A stretch of DNA of 39,161 nt from Candidatus Kerfeldbacteria bacterium. Its GTDB lineage: Bacteria; Patescibacteriota; Patescibacteriia; SBBC01; JACPUP01. Location of the stretch: positions 1 to 39,161 of the forward strand of contig JACPUP010000068.1 of the NCBI GenBank assembly GCA_016192205.1, in the 5' to 3' direction. Below are positions 25,502 through 33,188 of the stretch, piece after piece (within the stretch, counting starts at the first letter, position 1; the number at the start of each line of letters is the position of its first letter). The position numbers and the translations under genes are program-made. Under the pieces are notes generated by a model that saw only the letters and a program-made list of their open reading frames with translations, was not told where the DNA came from and did no database searches.

Positions 25502-26388
25502 AGGTGTTTTGGGAATGCTCGGCCGCGACCTTCAGAGCCGAAGAGGCGGAGTTTGTCGGCCGTCAGAGCTTCCACCGCATCAATGGACGGTTCGAGCAGA
25601 TCGCGCGGGTCGTACTCGTCAGGCAGCTCCCGAGCGGTCTGGCGCAGCTGGTCGGTGAACGCGAGCTCGAGTTCGGTGACGATGTTGATAATCTTGATCC
25701 CGCGACCGATCGCCGCTTCGAGCTGTTCATGTTTCAAAGCCGAGGCGCCGTGGAGGACAAGGGGGATATCGGGGATGGATTCGTGGATGGCGGCCAACCG
25801 GTCCAGATCGAGCGGGGGCGCCCCCTGGCGCATCTTGCCTCTACCGTACACGTTTCCGACGGCAACGGCAAGCGTGTCGATTCCCGTTGCTTTCACGAAC
25901 GCCACGGCTTCGCGTGGGTCGGTCAGGTACCGCTGCCGGTCGGCTGCCGCGGCAAACTCCTCGGCCGTCTTCACGTTCCCAATCTCGCCCTGGGCGAGCG
26001 CGTTGCGCTTGTGCGCGTAGTCCACGGCCTGGCGCGTCAAGATGACGTTCTCATCGAACGGCAAGTCGGATGCGTCAATCATGATGGACGAGAAACCAGC
26101 GTGGATGCACTCGGCGATGGAACGGAAGGACTTCGCGTGGTCGAGGTGGAGCGCAACCGGCACGTTCACCGCGGAGTTCTTCGCGATAGTCTCGACGATG
26201 TGCGTGATGGGTTTCAAACCCGCGTACTCGATGGTCGTTTCGGTCACGGTGATGATGACCGGCGCTTGGACCTCGACCGCGGCCCGGATGATGCCGAGCG
26301 TCATCTCGAGATTGACCGTGTTGAACGCGCCAATGGCGTACTGGTGTTTGGCAGCGTGCTGGAGGAGTTGACGGACCGAGACGAGCAT
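25498..26388 (-). CDS. fba: class II fructose-bisphosphate aldolase family protein
   Basis: 296 aa. YAIGAFN, ALHLDHAKS, LVLHGAS and a TIM-barrel pattern. ATGA overlap with the gap start. Confidence 0.9.
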   Translation of the reverse strand: MLVSVRQLLQHAAKHQYAIGAFNTVNLEMTLGIIRAAVEVQAPVIITVTETTIEYAGLKPITHIVETIAKNSAVNVPVALHLDHAKSFRSIAECIHAGFSSIMIDASDLPFDENVILTRQAVDYAHKRNALAQGEIGNVKTAEEFAAAADRQRYLTDPREAVAFVKATGIDTLAVAVGNVYGRGKMRQGAPPLDLDRLAAIHESIPDIPLVLHGASALKHEQLEAAIGRGIKIINIVTELELAFTDQLRQTARELPDEYDPRDLLEPSIDAVEALTADKLRLFGSEGRGRAFPKHL

Positions 26389-26391
26389 ACG

Positions 26392-27105
26392 TTAGAGGAG
26401 GGCCACGAGTGAACGCGCGCGGAGCGACGCCTGGCCGACCAGGCCGCCGCGGAAGTGGACGCCGTCGAGGAACGACGCCGCATTCCGCTGGACCACGCTG
26501 CCGCCGTAGATGAGCGGCTGCGACCGACCGCCAAGCGTGCGCCAGATGACGCGCGCCATGCGGAACGCTTCAGCCGGGGCAATGGGACCGCCGGGCGAAA
26601 TGGCCCAGACGGGCTCATAGGTCACGAGAACGTTTCGGCGCTGGGCAGGCGAAACACGTTCCAGCGCGCTCCGCAGCTGCTGTTGGACCACGCGGACCGC
26701 TCGGCCGGCCTTCCGGTCTGCCCAGCGTTCGCCAATGCACAGGACTGGCGTGAGACGAGCGCCCAGCGCCGTTTTCACCTTGGCGTTGACCTGTGCGTCG
26801 GTCTCGCCCAGGGCCCGGCGGTCCGAATGCCCGACAATCACGTACTGGCAGCCATAGGCCTTGAGGTCGCGAGCTGAAACGTCACCGGTGTACGGACCTT
26901 TGAGCGACGGTGACAAGTCTTGGCCGCCCAGGGCAATGGGCGAGCCGTGGAGGACGCGGCTGACTGCGCCAATGGCCGTGGCGGACGGACAGAGCACCAG
27001 CCTTGACCGACGCGGCAATCGAGAATGCCGCAGCATCAATGCCACGTGCACGGCTTGGCTGACCGTGAGCTGCATTTTCCAGTTGGCGATGATGAGCCGC
27101 TGCAT
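26392..27105 (-). CDS. tpiA: triosephosphate isomerase
   Basis: Start at ATG 27105 (MQRLIIANWKM), one nt after the upstream stop. Catalytic Lys (NWK), His (GHSDRR) and Glu (YEPVWA), plus IYGGSV. The track ORF extension to 27147 is rejected. Confidence 0.9.
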   Translation of the reverse strand: MQRLIIANWKMQLTVSQAVHVALMLRHSRLPRRSRLVLCPSATAIGAVSRVLHGSPIALGGQDLSPSLKGPYTGDVSARDLKAYGCQYVIVGHSDRRALGETDAQVNAKVKTALGARLTPVLCIGERWADRKAGRAVRVVQQQLRSALERVSPAQRRNVLVTYEPVWAISPGGPIAPAEAFRMARVIWRTLGGRSQPLIYGGSVVQRNAASFLDGVHFRGGLVGQASLRARSLVALL

Positions 27106-27106
27106 A

Positions 27107-27601
27107 TTAGAAGACGCGTTGGAGGCCGACGGTCGCCGCACCAACAATAATGCCGGCCGCGGCTACGCCCACGACCAGCGCCGGGATGCTCACGCGCCGC
27201 GACACGCCAAACAGAAACGCGGCCACGGAGCCGGTCCACGCGCCCGTGACCGGCAGCGGGATGGCGACGAACGTGGCGAGTGCCAGGAATTGGCCATAGC
27301 GCGCAAAGTGGTGTTCACTTTTTCGCCGAGTCCGGGCCAACAGCCAAGAGAAAAAGCGTTGCATGGCGCTTGAGTGCACGGACAGCCGATGCGACAGCGG
27401 TCCAAGCGCATAGAGAAGGATCACGGCCGGGATCATGTTCCCAACGAGTGATAAGAGGTAGGCGCTCCAAAACGGGAGGTCGTACACGGTGAGCGCAATC
27501 GGCAAGGCCAGCCGCAGTTCGGCGATCGGGAGCATGGCGATGAGCACAGTCGCCAGTGCCGGCGGAATGCCGCTGAAGAAGGTCGCGAGCGCTTCACTCA
27601 T
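27107..27601 (-). CDS. small membrane protein (putative small multidrug export / COG2426-like)
   Basis: Start at ATG 27601 (MSEALATFF...), overlapping the scpB end by 8 nt. LPIAELRLALPIAL motif and 4-5 TM helices. Confidence 0.7.
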   Translation of the reverse strand: MSEALATFFSGIPPALATVLIAMLPIAELRLALPIALTVYDLPFWSAYLLSLVGNMIPAVILLYALGPLSHRLSVHSSAMQRFFSWLLARTRRKSEHHFARYGQFLALATFVAIPLPVTGAWTGSVAAFLFGVSRRVSIPALVVGVAAAGIIVGAATVGLQRVF

Positions 27602-28202
27602 GGCGCTGCCCCTCCTCAGCGGTCGGCACCTCCTGCGCCCTTGCTTCATCGACCGGTACCCGCTCCTCGACCTGGGCCAGGAGTTCCTGGAGATTCTCGT
27701 CATTGCGCAACTGCTCGTAGTCCGGCAATTCTTCAGTGCTCCGGAGTCCCAGGAACCGGAGGAAATCAAAGGTGATGTGGTAGCGCGTCACCAGCGCCTC
27801 TTTGTCTTCTTCGGCTTCGACGAGACCTTTAATCATCAGATGGCGCAGGATGAGCGCGCAGTTCACCCCGCGGATGTGGTCGAGTTCGGCTTTGGTGATG
27901 GGTCCACGGTACGCAATAATGGTGAGCGTCTCAATGGCCGGGTCGGTCAGCTCACCGGACTGCTCGTCCTTCAAAAACGCGGCCACGGTCTTGGCGGCCA
28001 ACGGACTCGTGACCATCTGTACTTGCTGGCCGTGCTGCTGGATTTGAATCCCCTTCTCGTCGCGGTTGTACTCGGACTTCAACTCCGCCAGCACCTGCTG
28101 CACCGCCTCGACTGGCGCGTCGGCGAGTCCGGCCAGTTTCTTGATGGACAACGGCTTGGCCGCAGCGAACAGGAGGCTCTCGACATTCCGGCGGACGCTC
28201 AT
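27594..28202 (-). CDS. scpB: segregation and condensation protein B
   Basis: VESLLFAAAKPLSIKKLA...LTDPAIETLTIIAYRGPITKAELDHIRGVN is the tandem winged-helix ScpB pattern. Confidence 0.9.
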   Translation of the reverse strand: MSVRRNVESLLFAAAKPLSIKKLAGLADAPVEAVQQVLAELKSEYNRDEKGIQIQQHGQQVQMVTSPLAAKTVAAFLKDEQSGELTDPAIETLTIIAYRGPITKAELDHIRGVNCALILRHLMIKGLVEAEEDKEALVTRYHITFDFLRFLGLRSTEELPDYEQLRNDENLQELLAQVEERVPVDEARAQEVPTAEEGQRHE

Positions 28203-28957
28203 ACGGACTCCCCGTCAGCCTCGGCTCGGACAATCGCAATCTCTTGGAACATCCCGTCTTGGACCACGGCAATCGTCCGCTGCTTCACGAGCTCCAGCAA
28301 GGCCAGGAAGGTGACGATGACGTCCACTTTGGAGCGGGATTCGTCCAGCAAGCGGGAAAAATTGAGCGACGTCTCGGCGAGCACCCGCTCGCGAATGGCG
28401 CGGATCTTTTCTTGGAGGTTCAAGGTGCGGACAATGATTTCCCGGGGCAACCGGATGACTGGCTCGAGGCGGTTGAGCACGGTTTGGAACGTCTCGTGGA
28501 GCATCGAGACTTCCAGGCGCGTCGGCGGCGTGAACACGGGCAGCGGCGGCAGCTGTTGGCGGGGGTAGAGCACGCGCTTTTTCCGGAGGAGCTTCCGGAG
28601 CGCCTTGGCCGCGTCGAAGTACACCTTGTACATTTTCAACTGCCGCTCGAGGTCGCGGCTGTCGTCGTCCTCCGCCGCTTCCAAATACGGCAACAGCACG
28701 CGCGACTTGATGAGGATGAGCTTGGCCGCGACCACGAGGAAATCCGCCAGTTCCTCGGGGTTCTTCTGTCCGACCTGCTGGAGGCTGACGATGAACTGCT
28801 CGGCGACCTGCGCGAGCGAGACGTCCGTAATGTCGAGCTTCTCGGCTTCGATCAGCTCGAGGAGGAGGTCGAGCGGCCCTTCAAACTTTTCAACGCGGAT
28901 GGTGAGCACTGGTTTGGTTTTCGTTCCTTTCTTTTTTTCGTTTCGGTTTCTCGGCAA
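28199..28957 (-). CDS. scpA: segregation and condensation protein A
   Basis: FEGPLDLLLELIEAEKLDITDVSLAQVAEQF kleisin N-terminus. ATGA overlap with scpB. An alternative GTG start at 28909 would shorten the overlap with the upstream ORF. Confidence 0.9.
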   Translation of the reverse strand: MPRNRNEKKKGTKTKPVLTIRVEKFEGPLDLLLELIEAEKLDITDVSLAQVAEQFIVSLQQVGQKNPEELADFLVVAAKLILIKSRVLLPYLEAAEDDDSRDLERQLKMYKVYFDAAKALRKLLRKKRVLYPRQQLPPLPVFTPPTRLEVSMLHETFQTVLNRLEPVIRLPREIIVRTLNLQEKIRAIRERVLAETSLNFSRLLDESRSKVDVIVTFLALLELVKQRTIAVVQDGMFQEIAIVRAEADGESV

Positions 28958-29450
28958 TCGCGCCGGTGACCGGCTGTTCCGACCGTTCGAAATCTTTGAC
29001 TTTCAGGCGCAGCGAGTGCGTGAACGAGCCGGCCCCGAACAGCGCATGACCAACCTTCCGGAGGCCGGCGTCCATCACGACCTTGAGCCGGTGGTGGCCG
29101 CCGAACGGCGTCTGCGCACCAGCTTCACCTTTCGTGGCCTGTGCCACCTCTTTCTCGGACGCGATGGTGACCTTTTTCGCGCCGAGCAGTTTTTTCACCT
29201 TGGCCAGGTCAACGCGCACATGGGCCGGCAGGACCGCGAGAACGTGATGGATGCCTTTCTGTTCCTGGGGATCATCCGACAGTTTTTTCGGCTCATGCAC
29301 CTTTAAGACGAGCGTCTTCGCCACAGCCTGCAGTTTCTCCTTGGTCGTTTGCGCCAAATCATAGGCCGTGTAGATGGTCTTGTGCTCCACCACGTCAAAC
29401 TTGAGCTTCTGCTTTTTCAAGTAGCGCTGGAGTTGGGCTGGGATGCTCAT
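28890..29450 (-). CDS. YbaK/ProX-type aminoacyl-tRNA deacylase domain protein
   Basis: 186 aa. AKTLVLKV (conserved Lys region) and GEAGAQTPFGG resemble the YbaK/EbsC editing domain. The basic C-terminal tail overlaps the scpA start. Confidence 0.7.
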   Translation of the reverse strand: MSIPAQLQRYLKKQKLKFDVVEHKTIYTAYDLAQTTKEKLQAVAKTLVLKVHEPKKLSDDPQEQKGIHHVLAVLPAHVRVDLAKVKKLLGAKKVTIASEKEVAQATKGEAGAQTPFGGHHRLKVVMDAGLRKVGHALFGAGSFTHSLRLKVKDFERSEQPVTGAIAEKPKRKKERNENQTSAHHPR

Positions 29451-29761
29451 AGGGATTTGGCGCGTTTGGTATTGAAGGCGAACTGTTGCTGTTGGCCGAG
29501 GAGGGCCCGGGCAGTGCGCCGGCCTTTGGCGGTCAGCCGCACCTCATCAATGAACCACTTGTGCGGCGTGCGCCGGCCAAAGCCGACCAGGAGCTCTTTG
29601 TCGATGAGCCGCTCGAGTGAGCGGGTGATGACATTATCTGGGTCTTTGGGTTTAACCTTAGCCTGGTTGTAAAAGGCCTTGAACTGGCGGCGCGGGCAGC
29701 GCTGGCGCGGACTGCCATGGGTCTCCGTCAGGATGTACCGCTGGAGCCGGGAGAGCGTCAT
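29447..29761 (-). CDS. small basic protein, winged-helix-like (104 aa)
   Basis: ATG at 29761; the track start at 29773 is GTG and lies inside the -10 box. ATGA overlap with the downstream gene. No family recognised. Confidence 0.55.
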   Translation of the reverse strand: MTLSRLQRYILTETHGSPRQRCPRRQFKAFYNQAKVKPKDPDNVITRSLERLIDKELLVGFGRRTPHKWFIDEVRLTAKGRRTARALLGQQQQFAFNTKRAKSL

Positions 29762-29771
29762 ACCCAGCCTC

Positions 29772-29800
29772 ACTATACCACAAATCGGGAAGAAACGGAA
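29772..29800 (-). promoter_or_regulatory. extended -10 promoter (TTCCGT-17 nt-TGgTATAGT)
   Basis: Minus strand: TGg TATAGT (-10 at 29777-29772) with 10 nt to the ATG at 29761. Weak -35 TTCCGT. Confidence 0.5.
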
Positions 29801-29815
29801 GATACAGTGTATTCT

Positions 29816-31198
29816 CTACTTCTTCACTTGGATGTGGACGTCCTTCAGTTGCTCGTCTGAAAGTTCGCTGGGTGCGCCGAGCATCAGGTCTTTGGCGTCG
29901 GTGGTTTTCGGGAAGGCCATGACCTCGCGGATGTTGGGCTCGTTTTCCAAGACCATCATGAGCCGGTCGAGCCCGGGCGCAATGCCGCCGTGGGGCGGAG
30001 CGCCGTAGGTGAGCGCCTTGAGAAACGCGCCGAACTTCTCCTCGATTTGGGCCTCGGAGTTTCCGAGCAGGGAAAAAATCTTACGTTGAAGTTTGGCCTC
30101 GTGATTGCGGATGCTGCCGGAGGCCAGCTCGACGCCGTTGAGGACAAGGTCATATTGGAAACTTCGCGCTTGCAGCGGATCGGTGTCGAGCAGCGGTATA
30201 TCCTCGTCGTGCGGTCGCGTGAACGGGTTGTGCGCGAACGTGAGTTTACCGTCAGCAGCCTGCTCGAAGAGCGGAAAGTCTGTGATCCAGCAGAACGCGA
30301 GCTCGTCGGCGTTCTCCGAGTCCTTCCGCAGATCGGGCCGGTCGGTCTTGAACTTCTTCATCACCTCGTCATAGCTCATTCGCGGCCAGGGTGCCTGCGC
30401 GATGCGTTTGCCAGGATAGACTTCCGTGAGCATGGCGGTGAGCAGTTCTTCCATCAGCTGCCAAACGTCCGCGGGTTCGACGAACGACATCTCGAGGTCG
30501 AGCTGCGTGTGCTCGGGTTGGCGGTCGCCGCGTTCGTCCTCGTCGCGGTAGCAGCGGGCAAATTGATAGTACTTTTCGAAGCCGGCGACCATGAGGAGTT
30601 GCTTGAACGTCTGCGGCGCTTGCGGCAGCGAGTAGAACTTGCCGGGGTAGAGCCGCGACGGTACCACGTACTCGCGCGCGCCCTCGGGACTGTCTTTAGT
30701 GAGCACCGGCGTTTCGATCTCGACGAACCCGCGACTATCCAGCCACTGCCGGCAAAAGTGTGCCACGCGTGAGCGGTTGCGCAGATTTTTCTGCAAGCGG
30801 TTGCTGCGGAGGTCAAGGTAGCGGTACTCGAGCCGGAGCTCCTCTTTGACGTCTTTCGTGTCGGCGTCCACCTCGAACGGTGGGGTCTCGGACGCATTCA
30901 AGATGGTGAGCTGCTCGGCGACGAGCTCGACCTCGCCCGTTGGCAGGTTCGGGTTCTTCTTCTTCCGTTCCACCACGTTTCCGGACACGGCGATAACGAA
31001 CTCGGCCCGGAGTTGGTCAGCCGTCGTGTGCGCTTGTGGAAAGTCCGGGGAAAAAACCACTTGGACAATGCCGCTGCCGTCTCGCAGGTCAATGAAGATG
31101 AGCTTGCCGAGGTTGCGGCGCACGTGCACCCAGCCCTTGAGCGTCACGGTTTTGCCGACAGCGTTGGTCGTCTCGATGGCGAGTGTTCGGTTGCTCAT
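29816..31198 (-). CDS. aspS: aspartate--tRNA ligase (bacterial-type core without the GAD insertion domain)
   Basis: Start at ATG 31198 (MSNRTL...), overlapping the asnS stop as ATGA. LPQAPQTFKQLLMVAGFEKYYQFARCYRDEDERGDRQPEHTQLDLEMSF (motif 2) and GGIAPGLDRL (motif 3). The sequence passes from DRPDLR almost directly to FCWITDFPLFE. Confidence 0.92.
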   Translation of the reverse strand: MSNRTLAIETTNAVGKTVTLKGWVHVRRNLGKLIFIDLRDGSGIVQVVFSPDFPQAHTTADQLRAEFVIAVSGNVVERKKKNPNLPTGEVELVAEQLTILNASETPPFEVDADTKDVKEELRLEYRYLDLRSNRLQKNLRNRSRVAHFCRQWLDSRGFVEIETPVLTKDSPEGAREYVVPSRLYPGKFYSLPQAPQTFKQLLMVAGFEKYYQFARCYRDEDERGDRQPEHTQLDLEMSFVEPADVWQLMEELLTAMLTEVYPGKRIAQAPWPRMSYDEVMKKFKTDRPDLRKDSENADELAFCWITDFPLFEQAADGKLTFAHNPFTRPHDEDIPLLDTDPLQARSFQYDLVLNGVELASGSIRNHEAKLQRKIFSLLGNSEAQIEEKFGAFLKALTYGAPPHGGIAPGLDRLMMVLENEPNIREVMAFPKTTDAKDLMLGAPSELSDEQLKDVHIQVKK

Positions 31199-32514
31199 GG
31201 CCGCAAACGGTTCAACAGCCGCGGGAACGGAATGGCCTCGCGGATGTGCTCGATGCCGCCGATCCAACGCACCAGGCGCTCCAGGCCAATGCCAAACCCC
31301 GAATGCGGCACCGACCCGTACTTCCGCAAGTCGAGGTACCAGGCGTAATCCGACTCCTTGAGCTTCCACTCCCTAAGGCGCTTTTTCAGCAGTTCGTAGT
31401 CGTCAATGCGCTGCGACCCGCCGATGATTTCGCCGAAGCCCTCGGGCGCAATGAGGTCAGCACAGAGCACGCGCTCGGGGTGGTCCGGGTGCGGTTGCAT
31501 GTAGAACGCCTTGATGGTGGTGGGGAAGAACTCGATGAACACCGGCTGGTCGTAGTCTTGGGAAATGAGTTCTTCCTCGGGCGCGCCAAAATCGTCACCG
31601 AGCTTTATCTTCGAACCCTGCTTGATGAGTCGCGCGACGGCCTCATCGTAGGTGAGGCGCGGGAACGGCGCGGTGATCTTGGCGAGCGTGGAAACGTCCC
31701 GGCCGAGGATCTCGAGTTCGCGCAGCCGCGCCTTGACCGTCTCGGCAATGACGTCAGCGATGAGGTGCTCCTGAATCTCGAGGTTGCCGACGTGGTCCAC
31801 GAACGCCGCCTCGGCGTCCATCATCCAGAACTCGACCAGGTGCTTACGCGTCTTGGATTTTTCCGCGCGGAAGGTCGGGCCGAAATCGTAGACGCGGCCC
31901 AAGGCCATGGCCGTGGCCTCAAGATAGAGCTGGCCGGTCTGGGCCAGGAAGGCCGGCTCACCGAAGTAGTCGGTTTTGAACAGCGTGGTCGTGCCCTCGG
32001 CCGCCGTGGGGGTGAGGATGGGCGAGTCCGTCAGAACGAAATCGTGCGCATGGAGCCAGGAGCGCAGCTGCCAGACCACCTCATCGCGCAACCGCAAGAT
32101 GGCTGACTGCTTCTCGGAGCGCAGCCACAGGTGCCGCTGGTCGAGGAGGAAGTCCGGACCGTGCTCCTTTTTGCCGATCGGGTACTCCGCGGCTTTTTGC
32201 ACGAGCTCGAACTGCACGACCTTCATCTCCCAGCCAGACGGGCTGCGCGGTTCGTTCTTCACCTCCCCCGTGATGCGGACGGAGGACTCGAGCGTGGCGT
32301 CTTTCGCCGCTGCAAACGTCTTCGCGTCAACCGCGTCTTTCGCTACCACCGCCTGAATCACACCAGTGCCGTCACGGACCTGGAGAAAGATGAGCGCGCC
32401 AGACGAGCGGACATTGGCAACCCAGCCAGCGATGGTGCCGCTGGTGGGCTTGGTGAGCTTGGCGATAGTCAGGGGGGAAGGAGGCATACGACCCGTATGC
32501 CGGTCGGATGGCAT
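31195..32514 (-). CDS. asnS: asparagine--tRNA ligase
   Basis: FRAEKSKTRKHLVEFWMMDAE (motif 2), YAWYLDLRKYGSVPHSGFGIGLERL (motif 3), and HLWLRSEKQSAILRLR. The start is ambiguous between ATG 32514 and ATG 32487. ATG 32529 abuts the -10 box and is unlikely. Confidence 0.9.
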   Translation of the reverse strand: MPSDRHTGRMPPSPLTIAKLTKPTSGTIAGWVANVRSSGALIFLQVRDGTGVIQAVVAKDAVDAKTFAAAKDATLESSVRITGEVKNEPRSPSGWEMKVVQFELVQKAAEYPIGKKEHGPDFLLDQRHLWLRSEKQSAILRLRDEVVWQLRSWLHAHDFVLTDSPILTPTAAEGTTTLFKTDYFGEPAFLAQTGQLYLEATAMALGRVYDFGPTFRAEKSKTRKHLVEFWMMDAEAAFVDHVGNLEIQEHLIADVIAETVKARLRELEILGRDVSTLAKITAPFPRLTYDEAVARLIKQGSKIKLGDDFGAPEEELISQDYDQPVFIEFFPTTIKAFYMQPHPDHPERVLCADLIAPEGFGEIIGGSQRIDDYELLKKRLREWKLKESDYAWYLDLRKYGSVPHSGFGIGLERLVRWIGGIEHIREAIPFPRLLNRLRP

Positions 32515-32529
32515 TGGCAATATGCTCAT

Positions 32530-32558
32530 AGTGTAGGTTCGAATCGGTCGCCAGTCAA
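32530..32558 (-). promoter_or_regulatory. sigma70-like promoter (TTGACT-17 nt-TACACT) for asnS-aspS
   Basis: Minus strand: -35 TTGACT (32558-32553), 17-nt spacer, -10 TACACT (32535-32530). Confidence 0.55.
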
Positions 32559-32597
32559 TGAAGGCTGGGTCTTCATCCATCCGACGGCCGCCAGCGA

Positions 32598-33188
32598 TCA
32601 GGTGTCGGTCGTCGGCAGCTTGGGAAACGGCTTTTGAAAACGCGCAGCAAAGTACCAGGCCGCGCCAGCGGCAGCCAGAAAGTTCCACAGCAGGTCGTCG
32701 GCCGTGTCATAGAGGTCGGTCACGCGCACGGTATCAAACAGCCAGTCGCCCACGTACTCGCTCACCTCGTAGAGCCCGGCCAGCAGCATGGCCACGCTGA
32801 CCGCGTACAACCAGTGATGGAACGCTGGCAGCGAGAGCCGTCGGTTCTCGAGAAACAGCTTGAAGCTCAACCAAACTGCGCCAGCGACTGCGGCCGTACC
32901 AACGACGTGCGCGAGCTTGTCCCACCACGCGATGTTCGCATAGAGGTGCGCGAAATTCCCGGCCGCGTCGAACCAGATTGCCGCTACGGCCAGCCAGCTG
33001 ACGGCTGCTGGCAGTCGGCTTCCGGCACGGATGAATCGCGACCCGATGAAGATGAGCAATCCCGTGCCAACGACGTTGGTGACCGCCAGGGCGATCTGGC
33101 GCTCAAGGGTATCGTACCGAGCGATGAGCTCGATCCCGAGCAACACCGCTTGCAGCGGAAGCATTGGCCGGGGAAGCAACCGGCTCAT
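32598..33188 (-). CDS. multi-pass membrane protein of unknown function
   Basis: 196 aa with about 5 hydrophobic helices. ATGA overlap with the stop of the P-type ATPase. Confidence 0.65.
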   Translation of the reverse strand: MSRLLPRPMLPLQAVLLGIELIARYDTLERQIALAVTNVVGTGLLIFIGSRFIRAGSRLPAAVSWLAVAAIWFDAAGNFAHLYANIAWWDKLAHVVGTAAVAGAVWLSFKLFLENRRLSLPAFHHWLYAVSVAMLLAGLYEVSEYVGDWLFDTVRVTDLYDTADDLLWNFLAAAGAAWYFAARFQKPFPKLPTTDT

